A DNA stretch of 63,466 nt, filler included, from Perkinsus chesapeaki ATCC PRA-425 (taxonomy: Eukaryota > Protista > Perkinsozoa), in NCBI GenBank assembly GCA_013115145.1. It is 7 parts of 7 records of this genome, joined end to end, with 100 filler letters (N's around TTAATTAATTAA, not from the genome) between each part and the next. Parts side by side here need not be neighbours in the genome. Positions count along the whole stretch, not along the records: positions 1 to 18,335 come from JAAPAO010000666.1; 6 more parts are not named here. One strand, given 5' to 3'. Shown one piece after another: positions 1 through 10,925 of this stretch. The notes beneath the pieces were generated by a model. That model was not told the origin of the DNA and did no database searches. It saw nothing but the letters and a program-made list of their open reading frames with translations. Numbering within the stretch: position 1 is the stretch's first letter; every line of letters starts with the position of its first letter. Both the position numbers and the translations under genes were made by a program.

Positions 1-3000
1 ATATCCGTATGATTAGGATATCATCCGAAAGCACTCAACCAAACGACCCGGTCAGTGGGGCCTTCTCATCCAATTTGGATGATCCAAAAGAGCGTGGGAA
101 TCATTGAAAATTCAGAGCAGCTTCTCAGGGCTAGAGCAGAGTCGACTAAGTCGGCTACCGCTCGATGGATGGTACTGGGTTCTGGGTCTGTATTAGTGAC
201 TCTGGAGTACAGGGCCCTGTTATCCCGGTTCGCTGCTTTCAACAAAACGCAGTCGCCAAAAAGAGCCAAATGAATTAAACGTGGCAAACTTGAATTGCGC
301 CACTTCAAGCGAAGTGGTGGTAGAATCTCCGCTGATAGCCGTTAGTTGTATTTGGCCGTGCCGAAGCAAGTCTAGCATTTCTTAGCAGTGTCCCAATGGG
401 CGCAGTTTTGTCGTTCTCAGGTGGTTCGTTCTTGCTCAAGAGCGATTCCGAAGAACCTCCCAAGCTTAACGAGCACACGATACACCTTATCTGGCAAAGG
501 AGCACAAAGTTGAAAGCACGATTCACACCGATATTCCGTTCAACAAACCGATTCCATATAATGGTTATAATATCATTGTAGTACACTGAATGTGAAAAGT
601 GAGGCAAGTCACGAACCGGGGAAAGTGCCATAAAGGCACTGTCATGCATAGCAGCAGGTCAAACAGCGCATTTCTAGGTATATCCCAGCCTTACTGTCTT
701 CATCGGCTTCCACTCGCAGCATCGCTAGTCTGGTATTTTCCCCTAACATCTCCGTGTCTGCTAATTGACCCACTGTCATCTCCGGAGAGGTCACTCTCTC
801 TCGCAGTACACTTTGTGAAACCTTGAAAGTATGCTCAAGGGAAGGGTAGCTACGTAAGGTAGCCTGAAACGCCGAAGGCTGAGAGCAATCATAACGCATT
901 AGTTGGAATGACTCATTCAGAATGTGCAATACGCTGAGCTTAGCCCGCTAGTAGCGGGCCGCTACCTCTGAATATATTAAGGCAACCGTGACGGTCCTAT
1001 CTTGTTTCACGCTAATCGACAGATTTTTCAACTGCTTTGGAAATGGACGGCGAAAATTTTATGTTCAAAATCCGATTTGGGACCTCAATCAAACAGTTAC
1101 TGGGCCACCTAAGTTCACATTTGATCGAGAGAACCTATACAAAACTTGTATTACAAATGGTATAATACTATTCTATGGGCTCAGGCTACAACGCAACTGG
1201 TCCCGACTTGGGGCTCCAAGCTTACTGCGCAGTCCTCTGAGTACGAGTCGGACCCGAGTAGTAGATCAAGTACCAACACACAGTGCCTTTGGGTATCAGT
1301 ATGTTCAGGGTTTGCGCTCATGACTTGCAAGGCAAGCTGAGAAATACGCTGTGCTATGCTCCAGTCTATCCCAAGGCTGGGGTCACCTACACCAGCAGCA
1401 CCATGATTTACGACCGCTACGTGCCACGTAACCGCGGAAAAGTGAGGTGATACCGCCATTCCAGAAGAGGGGAATTCGGGGTGTTTATATGATCGAGGAA
1501 CGTAAGACGAAATTTGTATCCGTTTCGCTTGTTAAGTCGCAGCCATTCTTCTGAAAGTCTCATCATAAACTAGCAGTAAAGACGAAATCTAAGATGTGGC
1601 TTGCTACCGGAATTAATCTCACCCGGATCCGTATGAGCGAGAATCGCCTGAAGTGCCTGCATGCCCGCAAAGCCCGTGATCCTCTCCGGATAATGCTGAG
1701 TTATGCCCTGGGCTAGAAGCGGTATTGCTCCACTCTGGTGTAGAATTATTATACCCTGAAAGAGTTGCCGCTTCGAATTTCAAGTCCATATCTGGATCTA
1801 GAGTATACATTGTAGACTGTAGCATAGAGCGTTAGAATAGCAATATCCTCACACTCCTGCATGAAACTGGGATCCACGGAGCATTCTCACAAACCACGCA
1901 GACACTATTCCAAGTTGTCGAACACCGATCCTACCTCATTGAGTGAGTCACCTTCGTCTGTGCCTGCTGGTGGCCGCCTCTTGGCATAGTACTGTATGAA
2001 ACCGTATACGCAGAAACAACTGTGCGCGAACACGTCGGCGTTCGCAATTTGCTGTGCTAGAGGCACCAGGATCGCCCGTAGCATGCGTACCGAGCAGTAG
2101 GGAGACGGGATATTGGCGTGGGGGTCCTCCAGTGTATCTGATTTCGGGAACTCTTATTCAGCATCTCCGCCAAGATTATTATCACGCAAACTGAGAAAGA
2201 GATTACCTCGCCATGCCTGAGTGATAACAACTGTCATGAATTTTGTCGCCTGCGACACAAGGCGTTCATCTTCTGCAGATCCCTAAGAAACAATTTCGTA
2301 TATATACCGAGAACCTGTGATGAAAACCTCGAGAATGTTAGCAAGCAGCTGAGGCAGCCCCAATTGATGAGCATCAACTACACAGCGAGCCCGATTGATG
2401 GGCGAGTTCCAGCAGAGGCGAGATAGGACCTAGTGAGCTGTGCTGTCGCGATAGTGTGACAACTGTAGCATCTCCGACTTGTAGCGAAAGTTGGGATAGC
2501 TTGGGATTCCCCATAAGCAGGACTTGTACGAGAAGGTGGTACACTATGGGGAAGAGTTCATCAGCTGATTTGCTTGAAAAGCCATATATCTTCTTAAGCT
2601 CTCGAATGGCAACCTGACCCACGACGAAAAACATACGCAGACTCGCGTAACAGTCGAAGCGTATTCTCGCCTAGCAGTCCGGTAGACACGTGTATAATTA
2701 CAAGTAGCAGCTGCTGCTCATTGGACAACCCGCCGGCTGTCATCGTTCAAACTTGACAGCTGCTCATTCTACAATAGAGCTCACCTTCTCAGATTTTGTA
2801 GAGAATCCATCACCATTGTACTCATTTAGAGCGGCCTCTAGATGATCAACGCACTCGAGCAACTCTGACTGAGGGTAATCTGGGGCGTCCGCCTTTAATC
2901 GTAGATTCGACGGGGCTCTGCTTGTTGATTGACGACAACCAGTTGGTTCTGTCTGGACTGCCGGCTGTCTATGGTAATTGTGCAAGTGTAGGGTTCTATG

Positions 3001-4095
3001 ACTATGCATTGCTCGCTGCTGGTCAAGATTAGCCGCGGATTGAGTCCTTCGCATTCGCAACTGGAGGGTACCATGTCTTCGCCATACAGAGCTCTCACCT
3101 GCTCGACCAGGGCCTGGCTAGACTCCAGTTCGAGTTGCAGGCTCTCCACCTGGCTCGTAAGTTCTCCTACGCGGACCTATTGTTGAATAGGGACACTCTC
3201 GTGTATGGCAATAGAGTATCGCTACCAACCTCCGAGGCGTTCAATGAGTGCTCTAGGTCCAGCACCTTTGACTGAAGCTGGTCCGTCTCTTCTCCGCCCC
3301 GTTTAGCATCGACCCTGAAGCCTGCTGATACGAATGTAGTTAGTATGCACATCATTGGCATCATTCTTGACTGTCAACACGAGCTCCCACCCACGTGGTA
3401 AAGCGAAGCAGTACGTAGCCCTACCGCATAAGCATCATTTGTTCGTCTTTGACCTCTATCGCTCTTTCGTATTCGCCGACACAAGCGTCGCATTCTGCCC
3501 GAACTCTGTCCAGCTCTATCTTGTTGAAGGCAATAACTTGCTGCGCCTGGTATACAACAAGCATTGTAAATCAATCCAACATTTCCGCAACACCTCAGCG
3601 AGCTTCAAAGTCAATTCCTCGATGACCGCGTTGTCAGAGCCGCCACCGACTTCGCTGTTGCCGACGTTCTAAATGCGCGACGTTAGGCATGCAGTGTGGA
3701 GGACGTGCGAGACTCGCAAAGCTTCGACGTAGACACTTCGAGTCGCGTTATGAGTATTGGACATTGTAGAGAAACGGTATTCTTTGAGAACGTGACCATT
3801 CGCTCAGTAACGGCAGCTGGATAGTCCAACATTAATAGCATCGCAACACAAAGGGCGGCAGTGCAGCAGCTAAGTTGGGCATCACACCGCAAGCAGAGCG
3901 ACTCACCTGACTTGAACGCGTCGACCTTTCTCGAAAGCTGGCTTCCCTGAAATCACCAAGTATACCACGCTCTAGCCATCAGCGTTGTGAGTATAGAGCC
4001 TGGCTCCCACGCGTGCCTTTACGGACCTTTCCTTCATCTCAGCTATCATATTCTCGTAATGATGTCTCATCCGCTCTAAAGTGTCGGAGTTGGCC
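1..4095. repeat. Segmental duplication copy 1 (near-identical to 6865-10925); left end lies outside the window
   Basis: Position 1 (atatccgtatgattaggatatc) recurs at 6865. Identity continues with scattered SNPs and a few indels to gtgtcggagttggcc at 4095/10925, then diverges abruptly. The ORF track shows paired ORFs throughout. Confidence 0.97.
66..4095 (-). pseudogene. 5'-truncated duplicate of the kinesin tail exons (no motor domain)
   Basis: Carries the same coiled-coil exons as 6916-10925 but begins mid-exon ([23 protein letters not shown]). A 14-nt insertion near 73-86 alters the putative last exon. Confidence 0.7.
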
Positions 4096-4200
4096 AAGGG
4101 AAAAACTTTCTTCACACGAGCAGGAGCTCGCTGGAACGGAAGCCTTGTATTTCGCACTGAGGGGGTCTTCATTCACAATGTCAACATTGTCACTATCCAT
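4096..4200 (-). mobile_element. Possible degenerate hAT transposase C-terminal (dimerisation domain) fragment
   Basis: Minus frame reads MDSDNVDIVNEDPLSAKYKASVPASSCSCEESFS. This resembles the hAT motif DPL..WW...LA.KYL.IPASS..SER.FS with the WW segment missing, and it ends exactly at the duplication breakpoint. Confidence 0.4.
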
Positions 4201-4842
4201 TTGCAAATACAATCAAATAAAGCTGCAACATGCGGTAGGTCAGGATGGAGAAGTGTCTAGCTGTACAATTCATACTCTTTTTGGGTGCTTCAATCCATAC
4301 GTGCCGTGCACGTGCGCATTTGTGTCGTAAAGATATTTACGGCGTTAATACACGTTACGATTACGTCACGTAAGCGTAAAGTATGATCGTTACGGTGCGT
4401 AACGTAATTCTGGACATCTATAATGCACATGAGGAAACGGTGTTAACAAGTTTAGCGGCAAGGGAAACTGCATCACCAACGAGACGAGCTGGAATATCAG
4501 GATTTCTAGGAAGTAACATATCCACTTTCGACAACGCCGGCCATAACGGAGATCGCTTCAATATACATGAGTCATGGCTACCCCCGCCATATTTCGAAAC
4601 ACGACGCGAAGTGGAGGCTTCCACTACCTCCGGCGGAGGTGGAAACGAGATCTCTTGGAATGTACAACAAGTATTAAAACTGCAAGTAGAGCAGTCGTGT
4701 ACAAACAAGGATGGTTTAGGGCTTGAAACCGGGGTGGCCTGGAACTGTCCCTGGTTAAATCTCACAAATGGACAGAACTTTGGGCACCACCGGTGCCGCA
4801 TCAGTCATGGAGTGACCAGCTACATGAGCTATGTCTATCTGC

Positions 4843-4945
4843 TTTGGCTTTGGCTTTGGCTTTGGCTTTGGGACGGGCTGTGGCTTTGGCTTTGGGACGG
4901 GCTGTGGCTTTGGCCTTGGGACGGGCTTTGGCACTCGCCTTTGGG
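4843..4945. repeat. GGCTTT-based 6-bp/24-bp tandem repeat (reads RPKAKAKAKA or PKPKPK on the minus strand)
   Basis: Directly visible: gctttggctttggctttgg...gggacgggctgtggctttggctttgggacggg. Confidence 0.9.
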
Positions 4946-6108
4946 CGGGCTCTGTCCTTAGCACTAGCTCCCGGCGTTGATGGTCGTGCTGAGGCCAGCA
5001 GCACAGCATGCCGCAGGCCAGCGCTGTATCCCCAAGCTGGGCTCTTCCTGATCAGCTTAGTGATTGCGGTCATGTCGGAAGCAAACCTCCGTCTGGCGTC
5101 AGCCACTCGAACGCACTGATTCGAAGTTACGATTTTCCCGCGCGGCCCGTGCTGAAAAAACACTCTCTAAGATGAGCAAATGCGCCCGAAGCGGGTCCAA
5201 TGAGATCGTGATGCCACAAGCTAAGATTGCTCTTCTGACACTTATTCTGTCTCGCAAGCTAACGCAAAGGATCACATAAGTTACAACTTGTAACTTACAA
5301 GTCGTAAGCTAGCGACTGGGATGCGCCCAGTGAGGGCTGAAGTCCAGGCCCAGTCCCTAAGCGGGCTAAGCCTTTTCAGCCGTTGGTTTAACGGCGTTGA
5401 ACAGCCGTCGCCCTATGGTACGGCCTAACTAGTAGCTTCCAAAACGCCGTTAATGTAATTCAGATTTGAATACCGAGTTCGTGCTCCAGACTAGCGTTGC
5501 ATATGTCGCACATGATTGACGATCATTGATTGTTAATGGGGCTTCCTCGCTGAAGCGCCACGTGACCTTCGAGAAGACGGGCTCTGGGACGGGCTTTGGC
5601 ACTCGCCTTGTGGCAGGCTTTGGCACTGGCCTTGGGGCGGGCTCTGCTTTTAGCACCAGCTACCAGCGGTGGTGGTCGTGCTGTACTCGCACTGTACCTC
5701 CAAGCTGGGCTCTTTCTCATCAGCTTAGTGATTGCGGTCATGCCAGAAGCAAACCTACTGCTGACGTTAGCCACTTGAACGCACTTTCAGTGCGAATCAT
5801 TGATTCGGAGATAGTATCCTCTACATACGAGTCTTCTACATGGCCGATACGAGTCAAGATACGATGCAGAAGAATGATTCAGAAGATAGGCAAATGCGCC
5901 TGAACCGGGTCCAATGAGATTGTGATGCCACAAGCTACGATTGCTCTTTTGACACTTATTCTGTTTCGCAAACTAAGGCAAAAGATCACAATGTGATCTT
6001 TAGCCACGACTGAAAGTTCAGTCTTCAGCCGCTAACTTAGCGGCGCTAAGCCTTTTCAGCTCCTGAACAGCCGCCGTGGTAGGGTACGGCACAACTTCCA
6101 AAACGCTG
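4905..6108. repeat. Diverged direct duplication of a ~550-bp unit (about 4905-5450 and 5575-6108)
   Basis: Shared blocks include caagctgggctct..tcagcttagtgattgcggtcatg, gggtccaatgagat.gtgatgccacaagcta and gctaagccttttcagc...cttccaaaacgc. Parallel minus ORFs read MTAITKLIRKSPAW and MTAITKLMRKSPAW. Confidence 0.85.
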
Positions 6109-6242
6109 ATGGAGTTGATGTCATCAACAGGATAAGCTCACGCGGTAATTTGGGCTTGATTACCGTCCTTCAAAGTTTGGAGCCCAAATGCAGCTACGCC
6201 CTGCTTCGTGAGTGTTAAACTTCGCCGCATTTTCTCTAAGTT

Positions 6243-6303
6243 AGAGACTCTAACGATACTGCTTAGAAGTAAGTTACCGCTAAGCAGTATCGTTAGAGTC
6301 TCT
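6243..6303. repeat. Perfect 24-bp inverted repeat (hairpin) with 13-nt loop
   Basis: agagactctaacgatactgcttag (6243-6266) is the exact reverse complement of ctaagcagtatcgttagagtctct (6280-6303). Confidence 0.95.
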
Positions 6304-6864
6304 TCTTACTGCCAGTAACTGCTATATCACCCACCGAGTGGGGCATTAGTAAACACTCAGTCCACTTATCATGAATGGCCACTTCGCATCATGCGATTCG
6401 CGTGAGTGATTAATGCGAAGTGGCCTTCTATGGTAGACCAGTATCCCCTAGCCTCATCACAGAATGGCTGCGAAAACGCAATTTCTTCTATCGACCAATC
6501 CCACATATCACGATCGAATGCGCGTTCTGTGTACCTCTCGTCATTGACGAGTCGTCAATCTCATTCATACATTCCAATTATGAATTCATTATACCACCCT
6601 GGTATTACCAGGTATAATATACCAACTGAATTTTAGCTTCTGTGTTTTGTCATCGAGGATCCCAATGGGGATTCCCCATCTTGATAATAGCGCAATGACT
6701 GGCAGTCACTGACTGCCGCGGTCACAGCCAACAGGCGCCGAAGAACCGTTGAATCATTACGAAACATCACGAATGACCCATTCGTAATGGACGAATATGG
6801 GCCTATACAGGTTAGCTTATACGGTTTCAGTGGAGCTCACCATGAAGAGAACATGAGTAGTAGC

Positions 6865-9800
6865 ATATCCGTATGATTAGGATATCATCCGAAAGCACTC
6901 AACCAAACGACCCGGTCAGTGGGGCCTTCTCATCCAAAAGAGCGCGGGAATCATTGAAAATTCAGAGCAGCTTCTCAGGGCTAGAGCAGAGTCGACTAAG
7001 TCGGCTACCGCTCGATGGATGGTACTGGGTTCTGGGTCTGTATTAGTGACTCTGGAGTACAGGGCCCTGTTATCCCGGTTCGCTGCTTTCAACAAAACGC
7101 AGTCGCCAATAAGAGCCAAATGAATTAAACGTGGCAAACTTGAATTGCGCCACTTCAAGCGAAGTAGTAGTAGAATCTCCGCTGATAACCGTTAGTTGTA
7201 TTTGGCCGTGCCGAAGCAAGTCTAGCATTTCTTAGCAGTGTCCCAATGGGCGCAGTTTTGTCGTTCTCAGGTGGTTCGTTCTTGCTCAAGAGCAATTCCG
7301 AAGAACCTCCCAAGCTTAACGAGCACACGATACACCTTATCTGACAAAGGAGCACAAAGTTGAAAGCACGGTTCACCCCGATATTCCGTTCAACAAACCG
7401 ATTCCATATAATGGTTATAATATCATTGTAGTACACTGAATGTGAAAAGTGAGGCAAGTCACGAACCGAGGAAAGTGCCACCAAGGCACTGTCATGCATA
7501 GCAGCAGGTCAAACAGCGCATTTCTCGGTATATGCCAGCCTTACTGTCTTCATCGGCTTCCACTCGCAGCATCGCTAGTCTGGTATTTTCCCCTAACATC
7601 TCCGTGTCTGCTAATTGACCCACTGTCATCTCCGGAGAGGTCACTCTCTCTCGCAGTACACTTTGTGAAACCTTGAAGGTATGCTCAAGGGAAGGGTAGC
7701 TACGTAAGGTAGCCTGAAACGCCGAAGGCTGAGAGCAATCATAACGCATTAGTTGGAATGACTCATTCAGAATGTGCAATACGCTGAGCTTAGCCCGCTA
7801 GTAGCGGGCCGCTACCTCTGAATTCATTAAGGCAACCGTGACGGTCCTATCTTGTTTCACGTTGATCGACAGATTTTTCAACTGCTTTGGAAATGGACGG
7901 CGAAGATTTTATGTTCAAAATCCGATTTGGGACCTCAATCAAACAGTTACTGGGCCACCTAAGTTCACACTTGATCGAGAGAACCTATACAAAACTTGTA
8001 TCACAAATGGTATAATACTCCAACTGGTCCCGACTTGGGGCTCCAAGCTTACTGCGCAGTCCTCTGAGTACGAGTCGGACCCGAGTAGTAGATCAAGTAC
8101 CAACACACAGTGCCTTTGGGTATCAGTATGTTCAGGGTTTGCGCTCATGACTTGCAAGGCAAGCTGAGAAATACGCTGTGCTATGCTCCAGTCTATCCCA
8201 AGGCTGGGGTCACCTACACCAGCAGCACCATGATTTACGACCGCTACGTGCCACGTAACCGCGGAAAAGTGAGGTGATACCGCCATTCCAGAAGAGGGGA
8301 ATTCGGGGTGTTTATATGATTGAGGAACGTAAGACGAAATTTGTATCCGTTTCGCTTGTTAAGTCGCAGCCATTCTTCTGAAAGTCTCATCATAAACTAG
8401 CAGTAAAGACGAAATCTAAGATGTTGCTTGCTACCGGAATTAATCTCACCCGGATCCGTATGAGCGAGAATCGCCTGAAGTGCCTGCATGCCCGCAAAGC
8501 CCGTGATCCTCTCCGGATAATGCTGAGTTATACCCTGGGCTAGAAGCGGTATTGCTCCACTCTGGTGTAGAATCATTATACCCTGAAAAAGTTGCCGCTT
8601 CGAATTTCAAATCCATATCTGGATCTAGAGTATACATTGTAGACTGTAGCATAGAGTGTTAAAATACCAATATCCTCACACTCCTGCATGAAACTGGGAT
8701 CCACGGAGCATTCTCACAAACCACGCAGACACTATTCCAAGTTGTCGAACACCGATCCTACCTCATTGAGTGAGTAACCTTCGTCTGCGCCTGCTGGTGG
8801 CCGCCTCTTGGCATAGTACTGTATGAAACCGTATACGCAGAAACAACTGTGCGCGAACACGTCGGCGTTCGTAATTTGCTGTGCTAGAGGCACCAGGATC
8901 GCCCGTAGCATGCGTACCGAGCAGTAGGGAGACGGGATATTGGCGCGGGGGTCCTCCAGTGTATCTGATTTCGGGAACTCTTATTCAGCATCTCCGCCAA
9001 GATTATTATCACGCAAACTGAGAAAGAGATTACCTCGCCATGCCTGAGTGATAACAACTGTCATGAATTTTGTCGCCTGCGACACAAGGCGTTCATCTTC
9101 TGCAGATCCCTAAGAAACAATTTCGTATATATACCGAGAACCTGTGATGAAAACCTCGAGAATGTTAGCAAGCAGCTGAGGCAGCCCCAATTGATCAGCA
9201 TCAACTACACAGCGAGCCCGATTGATGGGCGAGTTCCAGCAGAGGCGAGATAGGACCTAGAGAGCTGTGCTGTCGCGATAATGTGACAACTGTAGCATCT
9301 CCGACTTGTAGCGAAAGTTGGGATAGCTTGGGATTCCCCATAAGCAGGACTTGTACGAGAAGGTGGTACACTATGGGGAAGAGTTCATCAGCTGATTCGC
9401 TTGAAAAGCCATATATCTTCTTAAGCTCTCGAATGGCAACCTGACCCACGACGAAAAACATACGCAGACTCGCGTAACAGTCGAAGCGTATTCTCGCCTA
9501 GCAATCCGGTAGTCACGTGTATAATTACAAGTAGCAGCTGCTGCTCATTGGACAACCCGCCGGCTGTCATCGTTCAAACTTGACAGCTGCTCATTCTACA
9601 ATAGAGCTCACCTTCTCAGATTTTGTAGAGAATCCATCACCATTGTACTCATTTAGAGCGGCCTCTAGATGATCAATGCACTCGAGCAACTCTGACTGAG
9701 GGTAATCTGGGGCGTCCGCCTTTAATCGTAGATTCGACGGGGCTCTGCTTGTTGATTGACGACAACCAGTTGGTTCTGTCTGGACTGCCGGCTGTCTATG

Positions 9801-10925
9801 GTAGTTGTGCAAGTGTAGGGTTCTATGACTATGCATTGCTCGCTGCTGGTCAAGATTAACCGTGGATTGAGTCCTTCGCATTCGCAACTGTAGGGTACCA
9901 TGTCTTCGCCATACAGAGCTCTCACCTGCTCGACCAGGGCCTGGCTAGACTCCAGTTCGAGTTGCAGGCTCTCCACCTGGCTCGTAAGTTCTCCTACGCG
10001 GACCTATTGTTGAATAGGGACACTCTCGTGTATGGCAATAGAGTATCGCTACCAACCTCCGAGGCGTTCAATGAGTGCTCTAGGTCCAGCACCTTTGACT
10101 GAAGCTGGTCCGTCTCTTCTCCGCCCCGTTTAGCATCGACCCTGAAGCCAGCTGATACGAATGTAGCTAGTATGCACATCATTGGCATCATTCTTGACTG
10201 TCAACACGAGCGCCCACCCACGTGGTAAAGCGAAGCAGTACGTAGCCCTACCGCATAAGCATCATTTGTTCGTCTTTGACCTCTATCGCTCTTTCGTATT
10301 CGCCGACACAAGCGTCGCATTCTGCCCGAACTCTGTCCAGCTCTATCTTGTTGAAGGCAATAACTTGCTGCGCCTGGTATACAACAAGCATTGTAAATCA
10401 ATCCAACATTTCGGCAACACCTCAGCAAGCTTCAAAGTCAATTCCTCGATGACCGCGTTGTCAGAGCCGCCACCGACTTCGCTGTTGCCGACGTTCTAAA
10501 TGCGCGACGTTAGGCATGCAGTGCGGAGGACGTGCGAGACTCGCAAAGCTTCGACGAAGACACTTCGAGTCGCGTTATGAGTATTGGACATTGTAGAGAA
10601 ACGGTATCCTTTTTTGAGAACGTGACCGTTCGCTCAGTAACGGCAGCTGGATAGTCCAACATTAATAGCATCGCAACACAAAGGGCGGCAGTGCAGCAGC
10701 TAAGTTGGGCATCACACCGCAAGCAGAGCGACTCACCTGACTTGAACGCGTCGACCCTTCTCGGAAGCTGGCTTCCCTGAAATCACCAAGTATACCACGC
10801 TCTAGCCATCAGCGTTGTGAGTATAGAGCCTGGCTCCCACGCGTGCCTTTACGGACCTTTCCTTCATCTCAGCTATCATATTCTCGTAATGATGTCTCAT
10901 CCGCTCTAAAGTGTCGGAGTTGGCC
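6865..10925. repeat. Segmental duplication copy 2 (part of the intact kinesin gene)
   Basis: Matches 1-4095. Here the breakpoint exon continues uninterrupted ([34 protein letters not shown]). Confidence 0.97.

Noticed and set aside
4383-4961. 192-aa plus-strand ORF with an LWLWLW tail as a gene
   Set aside because: The tail is just the reading of the GGCTTT repeat, and no recognisable domain or signal is present. Left unannotated.
4801-5774. DVNP (dinoflagellate viral nucleoprotein) identity for the Lys/Ala-rich ORFs
   Set aside because: The DVNP core (T.GGL.K.DL.KNK.GKIVS) is not present.
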